Below, piece after piece: positions 17,578 through 27,542 of a stretch of 55,457 nt of DNA (its first letter is position 1; each line of letters opens with the position of its first letter). Below the pieces are notes generated by a model, which saw only the letters and a program-made list of their open reading frames with translations, was not told the origin of the DNA and ran no database searches. The translations under genes and the position numbers were made by a program. This DNA comes from a virus (Duplodnaviria; Caudoviricetes), in IMG/VR virus record IMGVR_UViG_3300033067_001029, positions 1 through 55,457 of that record. One strand, 5' to 3'.

Positions 17578-17781
17578 GTGACCACCCCCGAGGAGTTTGC
17601 GAGGCTGCCGGTCAAGTGGGTCACGGTCCTCCTCGAAGAGAGCGTGATCGTGCAGCGGGAGGCGGAGATCCGGGCGAAGGGCGGGAAGGTCGAGCCCGTC
17701 CCGGAGTACGAGGGAGACGAGCCGATCGACAAGCTCGCAAGGAGGTTCCGGGAGGCCGGGTTCCAGGTCGAGGGCGCGTAG
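17578..17781 (+). CDS. Tail assembly chaperone T-like segment (probable frameshift product)
   Basis: Frame is open upstream and reads DWARLIYFARKELGVTTPEEFARLP. Confidence 0.6.
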   Translation: MTTPEEFARLPVKWVTVLLEESVIVQREAEIRAKGGKVEPVPEYEGDEPIDKLARRFREAGFQVEGA

Positions 17782-17806
17782 TTTCCAGTAGAAACAAGGG
17801 CAAGGC

Positions 17807-20800
17807 ATGTCGACGAACATCGGGACGATCAACGTGGTGTTTCAGGCCGACGTCGCGACGGCTGTCGCCGGGCTCCGGTCCCTCTCGCAGCAGTTGGACG
17901 CCTCGATCGCAAACTCTGTTGCCCGGTCCAACCAGTTCTCCTCCGCCGTGTCGTCGATGTCGAACAACCTCGCCGCCTCGATCGCCAAGACCGCAAGCGG
18001 GGCCCAGGGGTTCTCGAACACGGTGACGTCGTCCTTCGGGCAGATCCCCGCCCGGCTCGGGTCGGTCGTCTCTCAGATCACCCGGAGCGGGAACGCCCTC
18101 AACGGATCGCTCGGGACGATCGCCGGGCAGTTGACCCTCACGGTCGATCAGGCCACGCAGAAGACCCGGAACCTCGCCGGGGCCTTCTCGTTCCTGACCT
18201 CCGCCGTCGCTGCGTTCTCCCTCAAGTCCTTCATCGACGCCGTGGGGACGTACGACCAGCAGCTTGAGGCCGTCCGGGTGCTGACCCGGGAAACGGCGGT
18301 GGAGTTCAAGGCGACCCGCGAGGCCGTGCTTGCTCTCGCTCAGGGATTGCAGGTCTCGGCGGTCGACGTCGCGAAGGGGCTCAACGAGATCGTGCAGGCC
18401 GGGTTCACCGCTTCGGACGGGCTCAAGGTTCTCGAAGCGTCGATCAAGGCGTCGAAGGTCGGGCTGACGTCGACCGCCGTCGCCTCCTCGGCGCTCATCC
18501 AGACCCTGAACGCCTTCGGGATCTCCGCCGGGGACTCGGAGGCCACGGTCGGGAAGCTCGTCCGGGCGGTCGACCTCGGCGTGTTCTCCTTCGAGCGTCT
18601 CGCGACGAACATCGGTCAGGCGGCCCCGCTCGCCGCGACGATCGGGGTTCGGCTCGAAGAACTGCTCGCCCTCTTCACCGCCCTCACCCGCAAGGAGGCC
18701 AACCTCGACGAGGTCACCACGCAGGTCCGGGCGTCCTTCTCCGACCTCCTCGCCCCTTCGGACCGGGCCCGCGCCGCGATGGAGAAGGTGCTCGGGACGA
18801 CGGTCGAGGCGTCGGTCCGCACCCGTGGGTTCACCGAGACCCTCCGGGCGCTGATCTCCTCCGCCGACGGGTCGGCCGCCGCCCTCGCCAATATGTTCCC
18901 GAACATCCGGGCTATGGCCGGTCTCGCGAAGCTCGCCGGGGATGGGTTCGGAGAGTTTACGACGGACATCGCCAAGCTGGAGAACGCCTCGGTGGGCTCG
19001 CTCAACCGGGCTCTCTCGGTGGCGAACAAGTCCTTCGGGAACCTCGTCAACCAGATCAAGGCCACGGCCGCGAACTCCCTCATCGACTACTTCGAGCGGA
19101 ACCGGGCCTCGTTCATCACCTACGCCGAGGCGGTCGATTCGTTCCTCCGCCGAAACCCGGACCTGCTCGCGAACATCGCCAAGGCCGCCGTGACCTTCGC
19201 GGCCCTGGCGACCGCCGTGGGCGTGGCTCGGATCGCCGTCTCTGCGCTCACGCTGGCGATCGGGGCCCTCTCCACCGCCGGGGCCGCGATCCGGTTCATC
19301 TTCTCCGGGCAGGCGATTACCGCGCTGACCGCGTATATCGACCGGTTCGACCTTCTGCTTGCCCGGTTCTCCGCCTTCTCCGGGCTGGCCTCGAAGACCC
19401 CCGCCGTCGTCCAGCAGGCCGTGAACGCCCAGCAGGCCGCCGCCTCCGCGTCCGCCGCGTACGCAAAGGCGACCGCCACGGCCACGGCCGCGTCCAACGC
19501 CGCGATCGCGGCGTCGCAGGGCATGGCGAACGCCCGCAAGGCCGAACTCGCCGCCGAGAACGCGCTCATCCTCTCGAAGCAGCGTCAGGCGGTCGCGGAC
19601 GCCCGGGTCGCCGGGCTCACCTTGGCCGCGTCGAACCGGAACCCGGTCACCGGGCAGTTCAAGTCCGCAAGCCAGTCCGCCGCGAACCTCCTCCCGTCCG
19701 CCGCGAAGGACCTCGCCGCCGCGAACCGCGAGGTCGCGGTATCGACCGCCGCCCTTTCCGCCGCCGAGGCCGCCCGCACGGCCTCCGTCTCCCGGGCGAC
19801 CGTGGCCTCGACCGCCCTCGCCGCCGCCAACGCCGAGGTTGCCACGACGTCCGCCGCCGCCACGGCCGCGACCAGCGCCGAAGCCGCCGCGATGGCACGC
19901 CTGACCGCCGCGACCGGGTCCGCCGCCGGGGCTCAGGCCGCGCTGGCGAGCGCGACCGCCGCCACGGCCACGTCCTCCGGGGCCTCGGTCATTTCCGCCG
20001 TCACGACCCGGATCGGGGTCTTCGGGTCCGCCGCCGCGTCCGCCGCGAAGAACCTCGGGGTGCTCGCCCTCGCGAGTTCGGTCTTCGTCCTCAAGGCCGC
20101 CGCCGTGGCCGCCGCCGCCGGTCTGGTCGGGTTCGGCATCGGGAAGATCGTCGAGAACGTGCTGGAGTTCTTCGGGATCATTGAGGAGCGGTCCGGGCTC
20201 CAGACCGCGTCCGACGCCCTTCTCGACCTTGCGGAGAGCCAGAAGAAGTTCAACGAGGAGGTCAACCGGGCGGAGTTCGCGAAGAAGATCTCCGAGGGGG
20301 AGAAGGCCGCCGCGAACTTCGCTGAGCGGCTCCAGAACCTCGCCGACCTCGCCCGCTCCGCCGCCGCCGGGAACGAGGAGTCGGCCCGGAAGTTCGCCGC
20401 CCTGTCCCGTGAGTTCGAGCGGGACGGGGGGAAGTCGGGCGTCTCCCGGCTCCTCGACCAACTCAAGAAGCAGTACGGGGACCTCTCGGTGGAGGTCCAG
20501 CGGGCGATCGACAAGCAGGTCGAACTGGGGGATCAGGGCGTGCAGGGGCTTGCCCGCGTCGACGCCGCGACCGGGAAGGTCATCGGCACGACGGCGAACC
20601 TGCTGACCGTCCTCACGGCCGCGTTCGGGGAGGTCCGGGCCCGTGAGGTCGTCTCGCAGTTGACCGAGATCGAAACGCAGATGAAGAACGTGCAGGCCGC
20701 GACCGCCGCGTACGCCTCCGCGACGTTCGACCTCCGGAACAAGAACATCTCCCTCGCCGCCGCGATCAAGGAGGCCGCGAAGACGGTCGGCGAGTACACC

Positions 20801-22360
20801 GACAAGATCAAGGAGATCGCGGACGCCCGCGAGAAGGCCGGGCTCACCGGGGACCAGAAGGAAGCCCGGGCGCTGGACGAGGAGCGGCAGAAGCTCTCCG
20901 ACATCAACGCGATTCTGGAGACCCGCGCCCGGCTCATCCGCGAGACGTCGATCAAGACGACGGGCGGCGTGACCCCGGAGGCGAAGGCGGCGATCGACTC
21001 GATCCGCGAGCAGCAGGGGGCCGCGAACAAGGCGATCTCCGAGAACGACGCCGCGTACACCAAGCTCTACGAAGAGGAACTCAAGAAGCGGGTCGACGCC
21101 GCGACCGAGGCGTCGGACCGGATCGCCGAGGCCGAGATCGAGGGGTTGCGTCTCAGCGGCAACGAACTGGAGGCGGACTTCCGGGCCGCCGAGTTGGCCC
21201 AAGGCCGACGCCTTCGTCAGATCGAGGCGGAGCGGGCCGCCCGGGTGAAGGCCGTCCGGGACGCCGTGGGGCTCAGCGACGCCCAGCGTCAGGCCGAGAT
21301 CGAGAAGATCAACAAGCAGGCCGACGAGGAGATCGCCGCGTCCGACCGGGTCTTCAAGGCGAAGCTCGACGCCGCGAACACCGAGGAGTTTGACCGTCAG
21401 AAGAAGACGGAGGAGGGCAAGAAGGCCGAGGCGGAGAAGGAGAAGATTCGGAAGCAGAACGAAGCCTCGAAGGAGGCCGACGAACTCGCGGAGAAGATTC
21501 GAGAGGCGGAGATCAACGGGGAGATCGAGAAGCGGAACGACCTCGTCTCCCAGTACGTCAAGAAGCTCGAAGAGGCCGGGCGGGCGCAGGAGGCCCAGTT
21601 GGTCCGCGAGCGGGAGATGAATCGGTCCGCGACCCAGCGCCTTCAGCTTCTGCAGGACGAGATCAGGGACCGCCTCCGGGCCGGGCAGGGCGCGGCGGGC
21701 GTGGTCGAGGCCGCCCGGGCGGCCCAGTCCAACCTCACCGGATCGAACGACGTCGGGACCTTCCGGGGCGGGGTGCGGGGGAAGCTCGACGAGTTCAACT
21801 CGAAGGCCGAGGCGGAGAAGTTCGTCGACAGCGTGACCCAGGCCCTCAAGGTCGAGTTTGACGCGCTCGAAGCCCAGCGCCGGGACGCGATCAACCGGGG
21901 CGACAAGAAGACCGCCGACGAGATCGCTCAGAAGCAGCGGGAGGTCGTGGTCAAGTACGAAGCCCTGCTCGACGAGATCGCCCGCCGGGAGGCTGAGCTT
22001 CGGACCGCCGCCGCTCAGACGCAGGTGTCGAACTCCGCGACGGCGACCGCCAAGTCGGTCCAGAACCCCCAGCAGCCGGTCCAGCAGGGCGGCGGGGGCA
22101 CGGCTGCCGCCGCCACGGCCCCCGCGCCGACGCCCGCGACGAACGCCCTCCCCGGGGCCGTGAACCGCGTCGCGGACGCGACCACCCGGCTTGTCGCGTC
22201 GATCGAGTCATCCTCGAAGGCGACGATCGCCGCCGCCCAAACGATCTCGGTGAAGCTCGATCAGGCCGTGAAGGTGCTCAACGCCCACACGGCGAAGATC
22301 AACGAGGTCGATCTCCGCGTCCAGCGTCTGCGGATCGTGTCGGTGAACAACCCGGAGTAG
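17807..22360 (+). CDS. Tape measure protein (TP901-like)
   Basis: 1517 aa, Ala-rich and helical; TP901-type core (SAVDVAKGLNEIVQAGF); hydrophobic segments. Confidence 0.93.
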   Translation: MSTNIGTINVVFQADVATAVAGLRSLSQQLDASIANSVARSNQFSSAVSSMSNNLAASIAKTASGAQGFSNTVTSSFGQIPARLGSVVSQITRSGNALNGSLGTIAGQLTLTVDQATQKTRNLAGAFSFLTSAVAAFSLKSFIDAVGTYDQQLEAVRVLTRETAVEFKATREAVLALAQGLQVSAVDVAKGLNEIVQAGFTASDGLKVLEASIKASKVGLTSTAVASSALIQTLNAFGISAGDSEATVGKLVRAVDLGVFSFERLATNIGQAAPLAATIGVRLEELLALFTALTRKEANLDEVTTQVRASFSDLLAPSDRARAAMEKVLGTTVEASVRTRGFTETLRALISSADGSAAALANMFPNIRAMAGLAKLAGDGFGEFTTDIAKLENASVGSLNRALSVANKSFGNLVNQIKATAANSLIDYFERNRASFITYAEAVDSFLRRNPDLLANIAKAAVTFAALATAVGVARIAVSALTLAIGALSTAGAAIRFIFSGQAITALTAYIDRFDLLLARFSAFSGLASKTPAVVQQAVNAQQAAASASAAYAKATATATAASNAAIAASQGMANARKAELAAENALILSKQRQAVADARVAGLTLAASNRNPVTGQFKSASQSAANLLPSAAKDLAAANREVAVSTAALSAAEAARTASVSRATVASTALAAANAEVATTSAAATAATSAEAAAMARLTAATGSAAGAQAALASATAATATSSGASVISAVTTRIGVFGSAAASAAKNLGVLALASSVFVLKAAAVAAAAGLVGFGIGKIVENVLEFFGIIEERSGLQTASDALLDLAESQKKFNEEVNRAEFAKKISEGEKAAANFAERLQNLADLARSAAAGNEESARKFAALSREFERDGGKSGVSRLLDQLKKQYGDLSVEVQRAIDKQVELGDQGVQGLARVDAATGKVIGTTANLLTVLTAAFGEVRAREVVSQLTEIETQMKNVQAATAAYASATFDLRNKNISLAAAIKEAAKTVGEYTDKIKEIADAREKAGLTGDQKEARALDEERQKLSDINAILETRARLIRETSIKTTGGVTPEAKAAIDSIREQQGAANKAISENDAAYTKLYEEELKKRVDAATEASDRIAEAEIEGLRLSGNELEADFRAAELAQGRRLRQIEAERAARVKAVRDAVGLSDAQRQAEIEKINKQADEEIAASDRVFKAKLDAANTEEFDRQKKTEEGKKAEAEKEKIRKQNEASKEADELAEKIREAEINGEIEKRNDLVSQYVKKLEEAGRAQEAQLVREREMNRSATQRLQLLQDEIRDRLRAGQGAAGVVEAARAAQSNLTGSNDVGTFRGGVRGKLDEFNSKAEAEKFVDSVTQALKVEFDALEAQRRDAINRGDKKTADEIAQKQREVVVKYEALLDEIARREAELRTAAAQTQVSNSATATAKSVQNPQQPVQQGGGGTAAAATAPAPTPATNALPGAVNRVADATTRLVASIESSSKATIAAAQTISVKLDQAVKVLNAHTAKINEVDLRVQRLRIVSVNNPE

Positions 22361-22364
22361 TGCG

Positions 22365-22838
22365 ATGGCGGGCGAACTGAAGTTTCTGCGGCGGAGCGGC
22401 GGGACGGGGCTGGTCCTCTCGACGACGTACCTCTCGCTCGACGGGGCGTCCCCGCTCCCGAGCGACTACGGGCAGGACCCCGACCCGGTCCTGACGAGGT
22501 ACCGGGTCCGGTGCCACTACTTCACGTCGATCGACCTCTCCGACCCCAACGCCGCCCGCGAGGCCCGGCGTCTGGTCGTCGACCGGCTCGACTCTCTCAA
22601 GCAGGCGCTCGTGTGGCGGGGCAATCCGATCGTGCGTTCCCTCGGCCGGGGGAAGGCCCGGATGCCGAACATCTACGACAACTTCGGGGACCTCGTGATG
22701 ACGTCCGCGTCCGGGGACTCCCTCCTCCTCGACAACTGCACCCTGTACGAGTCCGGGATCGAGGACGACGCCGCGATGGTCGAGGGCATCGTCCTCCGTC
22801 TCGTCTTCGCGCGTGTCTGCGACGCGATGGCCGTCTAG
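22365..22838 (+). CDS. Putative distal tail protein
   Basis: Directly after the tape measure gene. Confidence 0.5.
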   Translation: MAGELKFLRRSGGTGLVLSTTYLSLDGASPLPSDYGQDPDPVLTRYRVRCHYFTSIDLSDPNAAREARRLVVDRLDSLKQALVWRGNPIVRSLGRGKARMPNIYDNFGDLVMTSASGDSLLLDNCTLYESGIEDDAAMVEGIVLRLVFARVCDAMAV

Positions 22839-22861
22839 GATCGACCCAAGGAGAACCAGCG

Positions 22862-23395
22862 ATGGCTGCCAACTGCGGATACGACGAACCGGCGAGCCCC
22901 GACAAGACGATCGCGACCTTCGAGGTCGGGGGCGTGCAGTACCAGTGCGTGGTGCTCTGCGATTCCGTCTCCGGGAAGGCGACGCCCCTCCCGATCGACG
23001 CGACGTACGGGATCCCGGTCGATGTGAAGCGGACCGCCGCCCACGCCGGCGTGATCGACAAGGTGTCGATTGGCGGGGTCGAGTACGACGTGAAGTCCGT
23101 TTCCGTGAACGCGACCGCCTCCGGGGACGCGGATGTGATCGCCGCCGTCTCCGGGAAGCGGTACCGGGTCCTCTCCGTGAACCTCTGGTCGGACACCGCC
23201 CTCGCGGTGATGTTCAAGGACGGGGTGTCCACGCTCGTCGAGGCAATGACCGTCGCGATCGGCGGCGCGATCCAGATGAACCCGCCCCACGGGTACCTCT
23301 TCCAGTGCGGGGCGACGAACCGGGCCCTCAAGATCAACCTCTCGACCTCCGGCAACGTGCGGGGCGTGGTCCAGTACGTCGAACTCACGGCCTGA
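22862..23395 (+). CDS. Putative virion structural protein
   Basis: AAGGAG RBS; beta-rich C-terminal domain. Confidence 0.6.
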   Translation: MAANCGYDEPASPDKTIATFEVGGVQYQCVVLCDSVSGKATPLPIDATYGIPVDVKRTAAHAGVIDKVSIGGVEYDVKSVSVNATASGDADVIAAVSGKRYRVLSVNLWSDTALAVMFKDGVSTLVEAMTVAIGGAIQMNPPHGYLFQCGATNRALKINLSTSGNVRGVVQYVELTA

Positions 23396-23425
23396 CCCGC
23401 CCGGCTTGTTTCTAGGAGAAACAAC

Positions 23426-25588
23426 GTGGGACTGCTCCTGTTCTTCAACCGGGTCTCGGCGGCGTCCTCCGGGCCCGTGCAGGAGTTGAACGGCGACGAC
23501 TACATCGTCGAGGAGATCGAGCACAACATGAAGCGGGCGTCGACGTGCCGCTTCAAGGTCGCGGCCGACCTCGTGGACTCGGACGCCCTGGCCGACCGCC
23601 GCCCGGTGAAGTTCACGATCGGGTCGACGATCGTCTTCGCGGGCCGGATCCTCCCCGCGACCCGGAGGCTGGACACGACCCGGGACGAGATCGAGTACCT
23701 CGCCTCGGACGTGATGGAGTTCCTCGCGACGAACCCGATCGCGATGGCCAACGAGTGGTACAACCGGTCCCGCGACCAGAACATCTACCCGTACCCCACC
23801 GACTACGGGATCCGGTCGATCATCGAAACGGAGTTGAACTCCATCGTCGGGACCGGAAAGCCCATCGGGGCCCTCGACTGGACGAACGTCCCGGCCGAGA
23901 CGCAGGCGCTGGTGATCTACAACTTTCAGACGAAGGGGAAGACGTGGCTCGGACTCCTCGAATCCATCGCCGCCGAGGTCCCGACGCTGGCGTGGTGGTA
24001 CGACCCGTCGACGACTTCGGGGTCCTCCGTCGAGGGTGGTACGCTCCGGTTCTACGACCTCTCCGTGACGGCGGGCACGACGAACGTCGCGGTCATCGCC
24101 CGCAAGGACGGGGTCTCCGACGCCTACACCCCGAACGTTGAGTCCATCGACCTCTCGATCGACATCTCCCAGTCGTACGACCGGCTCACGATCCACGGTT
24201 GGGGCGACATGCAGGAGCGGCTCGACCCCGCCCGCCCGGGTTGGGCGTACGCCAGCGACGGGCGGTTCACGTCCCACTGGGACCCGGTCATCCTCCGGGA
24301 CTCGTCGACGAGCCCGGGCAAGGTCGAGAAGTTCTCCCCGAACGGTGGTGGGGGGACGTGGTCGGTGTCGCCGGACAACACGGCCTCGCAGCCGTACTAT
24401 CCGACCTCCCAGCGGCAGGTGAACCGGGATGCTTATCGAAAGTACAGCGTCCCGATGGAGATCGTCGACCTGCGGCTCTCCCGGGACGATTCCGTCTCCC
24501 CGCCCCGGTACACGTCCGCCGAGCGGTCGATGTGGGTCTACACCCTCAACTACGGGTGGGACTGCGGGCCCGTCGCGTTCCCGATCGACGGCGGGTACTA
24601 CTCCGGGGCCCTCGTGAACGGGACGAAGTACGTCATGTTCACCAACGGGATCTATGACGACTTCGGGAACGTCCGGCCCGACCCCACGATCTACCCGAAC
24701 TATCCCGACGACCCGCTCCCGAAGGTCGACATCGGGACGCCCGCCCAGTACGAGCGGAACTACTTCACCACGCAGAACCCGATGGTGTTCCGGACCAACT
24801 ACTACTTCGACTCCGTCTCCCCGTCCGCGCCGGACGCCGGGGACTGGGCGAACCTCTCGGGCAACTTCTGCTTCTGCTACTGGGGGCTGGGGTCCGTCCC
24901 GACCCGCACGGACCTCTGGCTCCTCTACACCGGGCGCGAGGAGCTTGCCGTCACGGCGGAGGACCCCTCGCTCGGGTACTCGAAGCACATGGAGTTGTGG
25001 GACCAGCGGTTCTTCCGGTACACGAACCTCGACGGCGACGTCCTCCGGGACGATACGGCCATGCTGCAGAGCTACGCCGACACGCTGTTCGCCTTCATCT
25101 CCCGGAAGCGCGTGTACGGGTCCGTCACGCTTGTTGCCGACCCGACGACGGCGCTGACCGCCCACCCGATGGGCACGATCGTCCGGTTTCGCAACTGGAA
25201 GACGGCGGGCGCGACGTTCGACGTCCCCGCGATCGTCCAGTCCATCAAGCTCTCCTCGCTCCGGGACGAGTGGAAGCTCGTCGTCGGGTTCGACTCCCCG
25301 AACACCTTCCACTCCCTCGACATCACCACGAAGTTCCGCCAGTATTTCGAGTCCAATCAGGTCAACGGCACGGGCGGGGTTCTCGGCAACGGGTCCGCGA
25401 CCGGGTCCGGGGGCGGGGGTTCCGGCGGCGGTGGCGGCGGAGGGGGGAACACCAACGGGGGAGGTAACTCGCCGGGCGGGGACGGCGGGGGCGGTAACTG
25501 GGGCGGCGGGTGGTTCGACTGCTGCGACATCACCGGGTTCGAGCCCGTCAGCGACGGGAGCGGCAGCGGCGGTTCCGTGCCGGTCTAG
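23426..25588 (+). CDS. Tail tip/baseplate hub protein
   Basis: 720 aa; hub-like N-terminus (VFAGRI), aromatic-rich middle, Gly-rich C-terminal linker. Confidence 0.7.
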   Translation: MGLLLFFNRVSAASSGPVQELNGDDYIVEEIEHNMKRASTCRFKVAADLVDSDALADRRPVKFTIGSTIVFAGRILPATRRLDTTRDEIEYLASDVMEFLATNPIAMANEWYNRSRDQNIYPYPTDYGIRSIIETELNSIVGTGKPIGALDWTNVPAETQALVIYNFQTKGKTWLGLLESIAAEVPTLAWWYDPSTTSGSSVEGGTLRFYDLSVTAGTTNVAVIARKDGVSDAYTPNVESIDLSIDISQSYDRLTIHGWGDMQERLDPARPGWAYASDGRFTSHWDPVILRDSSTSPGKVEKFSPNGGGGTWSVSPDNTASQPYYPTSQRQVNRDAYRKYSVPMEIVDLRLSRDDSVSPPRYTSAERSMWVYTLNYGWDCGPVAFPIDGGYYSGALVNGTKYVMFTNGIYDDFGNVRPDPTIYPNYPDDPLPKVDIGTPAQYERNYFTTQNPMVFRTNYYFDSVSPSAPDAGDWANLSGNFCFCYWGLGSVPTRTDLWLLYTGREELAVTAEDPSLGYSKHMELWDQRFFRYTNLDGDVLRDDTAMLQSYADTLFAFISRKRVYGSVTLVADPTTALTAHPMGTIVRFRNWKTAGATFDVPAIVQSIKLSSLRDEWKLVVGFDSPNTFHSLDITTKFRQYFESNQVNGTGGVLGNGSATGSGGGGSGGGGGGGGNTNGGGNSPGGDGGGGNWGGGWFDCCDITGFEPVSDGSGSGGSVPV

Positions 25589-25596
25589 ACTACGGC

Positions 25597-26247
25597 ATGA
25601 CCGCCGAGATCCCGAGAGTGTTCCACCAGTTCTGGATGGGCGGCCCGCTCCCGCCGTGGGCGGAGAAGCTCCGTCGGCGGATGCTCGACCTCAACCCCGG
25701 GTGGGAAAGCCGTGTCTGGACCGACGAGACGTACCACGCCGAGTTCGGGATGGTCAACCGCAAAGAGTTCCTCGACGTGAAGGGGCTCGCGTACAAGTCC
25801 GACGTGGCCCGGTACGAGATCATCGCCCGGTTCGGTGGGGTCTACTGCGACTTCGACGTCATCTGGCTCCGGCCGCTGGAGTCCGTCGTCAACCTCTCGT
25901 TTGACTTCGTGGCCCGGGAGAACCGGACCTCGCTGAACAACGGCATCTTCGGGTGCCGACGCGGGAGCCCGTTTGCGTGGGACCTCGTCGGGGATCTCCC
26001 GGAGGAGTACGCCGCCCAGCGGGACCTCGGGGGCCGCGTGTGGCAGACGGGCGTGGGGTACTTCGGCAAGATCGCGGCGAAGCACGCGCCGCACCTTGTC
26101 CGCCTCCCGCCGACGGTCTTTCACCCGTACAGCGTCAAGGACTTCCGGTCCGCGAGCCTCTTCTCGCACCCCACGGCGGTCGGAATCCACTTCTTCAACA
26201 GCAACGGGTTCGACTCCAAGGTCGAAAGGTGGCTCGATTCGCTGTGA
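25597..26247 (+). CDS. Glycosyltransferase, GT32/DXD sugar-binding family
   Basis: IPRVFHQFWMG and KSDVARYEII.RFGGVYCDFD motifs. Confidence 0.88.
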   Translation: MTAEIPRVFHQFWMGGPLPPWAEKLRRRMLDLNPGWESRVWTDETYHAEFGMVNRKEFLDVKGLAYKSDVARYEIIARFGGVYCDFDVIWLRPLESVVNLSFDFVARENRTSLNNGIFGCRRGSPFAWDLVGDLPEEYAAQRDLGGRVWQTGVGYFGKIAAKHAPHLVRLPPTVFHPYSVKDFRSASLFSHPTAVGIHFFNSNGFDSKVERWLDSL

Positions 26248-26375
26248 ATCTGCACTATTTTGGCCCCCGAAGGCTGATCCGGCCCCACGGACCCCTCGGA
26301 AACGGGAATGACTTTTGACCTATCGCCGTGAGAGCGCGTGGTAAGGGCACGGGGGAAAGTCGAAAGGACAACGAG

Positions 26376-27017
26376 ATGACCCAGCAGAGCCCCCCGATCC
26401 CCCAAGGCATGGAGACCGCGTACACCTTCGAGAGCGGGTCCAACCGGACCCTCCCCATGTACGAGGGCCCGTGCGTCTCGAACTCCGGCGAGATCTCCCC
26501 GCCACTCGACGTGCTGGCGTCCCGGTTCTTCGAGGCCAACAAGATGGAGGCCCCCGCGATGGAACTCGCCCGCATCCGGTCGATCAACCCGGCGGCGGAC
26601 ATCCTCCTCGCGGACTACCGGGCGCTCCGGCTCCGGTTGTTCTTCTCGAACTTGGCGACGGCGCTGCTCAACACGATCGTGTCCCCGGACGGCAAGACCA
26701 ACGCCGCCCGGCTCCTCATGTCGAACGGGGAGCGGGCCCCCGGGGTCTTCTCCGAACTGGCCCGGGTCCTCATGGCCGCCCTGCTCAGCGGCAAGGACGA
26801 GTCGATCGCGGCGGCGCTCCGGGTCTACTTCATGTCCGTCATGCAGCCCAAGATCGTCACGGGGTCGCCGGGCAAGCCCGCGTCGATCTCCCGGGCGTCG
26901 GGCGGGACCGGAGGGTCGACCCCCGGCGGCCTTGGCGGGGACGGGTTCCGCCCGGAGGACATCCCCTACAAGGTCCTCCGCACCCACACCGACGGGAACG
27001 TGCCCCCGGGGGAGTAG
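26376..27017 (+). CDS. Hypothetical protein
   Basis: AAAGGA RBS; typical codon usage. Confidence 0.6.
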   Translation: MTQQSPPIPQGMETAYTFESGSNRTLPMYEGPCVSNSGEISPPLDVLASRFFEANKMEAPAMELARIRSINPAADILLADYRALRLRLFFSNLATALLNTIVSPDGKTNAARLLMSNGERAPGVFSELARVLMAALLSGKDESIAAALRVYFMSVMQPKIVTGSPGKPASISRASGGTGGSTPGGLGGDGFRPEDIPYKVLRTHTDGNVPPGE

Positions 27018-27047
27018 GCCGCCCGTTGTTTCTAGTGGAAACAAGCC

Positions 27048-27542
27048 ATGCCGCACGACACGCCGTCCGACTTTGACCACCTCGACCACGTCACCAACGC
27101 CCTCATCGAGGCGGGGGTTGCCAAGCCGTGCGGGTTCCAGTGCTACCTGGCCGAGTTCTCCGCGAACAAGGCCAGGGTGATGTGGAACATCGACGTGATG
27201 AAGAAGCTCATGGGTGACCTGCCCCCGGAGCGGCTCAAGTCGATCAAGCACGCGATCTCCGTGGCCGAGGTCATCGACATCGTCCACTCCACCCCGGCGG
27301 CGATGCACGTCGACAGGGAGTACGCCCGGTCGATCCCGCCGCACAAGCGGCGTCTGCCCGCGTACATCGTGATCGTCCCGGACGACGTCGGCGCTCCCCG
27401 GGAGGAGGTCGGCAAGGCCATCGTGGTAGACGGGAACCACCGGGTGTACGCCGCGTACCTCGACCACTCCGGGCTCCCGGCGTACATCGTCCCGCCCGAG
27501 ATCGAGGCCGCGTGCCGCATCCCCGTGGGGGTTCCGTCGTGA
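27048..27542 (+). CDS. ParB/Srx-like N-terminal domain protein
   Basis: IVVDGNHRVYAA motif. Confidence 0.65.
   Translation: MPHDTPSDFDHLDHVTNALIEAGVAKPCGFQCYLAEFSANKARVMWNIDVMKKLMGDLPPERLKSIKHAISVAEVIDIVHSTPAAMHVDREYARSIPPHKRRLPAYIVIVPDDVGAPREEVGKAIVVDGNHRVYAAYLDHSGLPAYIVPPEIEAACRIPVGVPS

Noticed and set aside
17621-21202. 1193-aa minus-strand ORF
   Set aside because: Shadow of the tape measure gene; no domain signal.
3723-24672. GGGAACGT copies at 3723 and 24665
   Set aside because: Both lie inside CDSs with no start codon 5-6 nt downstream; probably chance Gly-Asn-Val codons.
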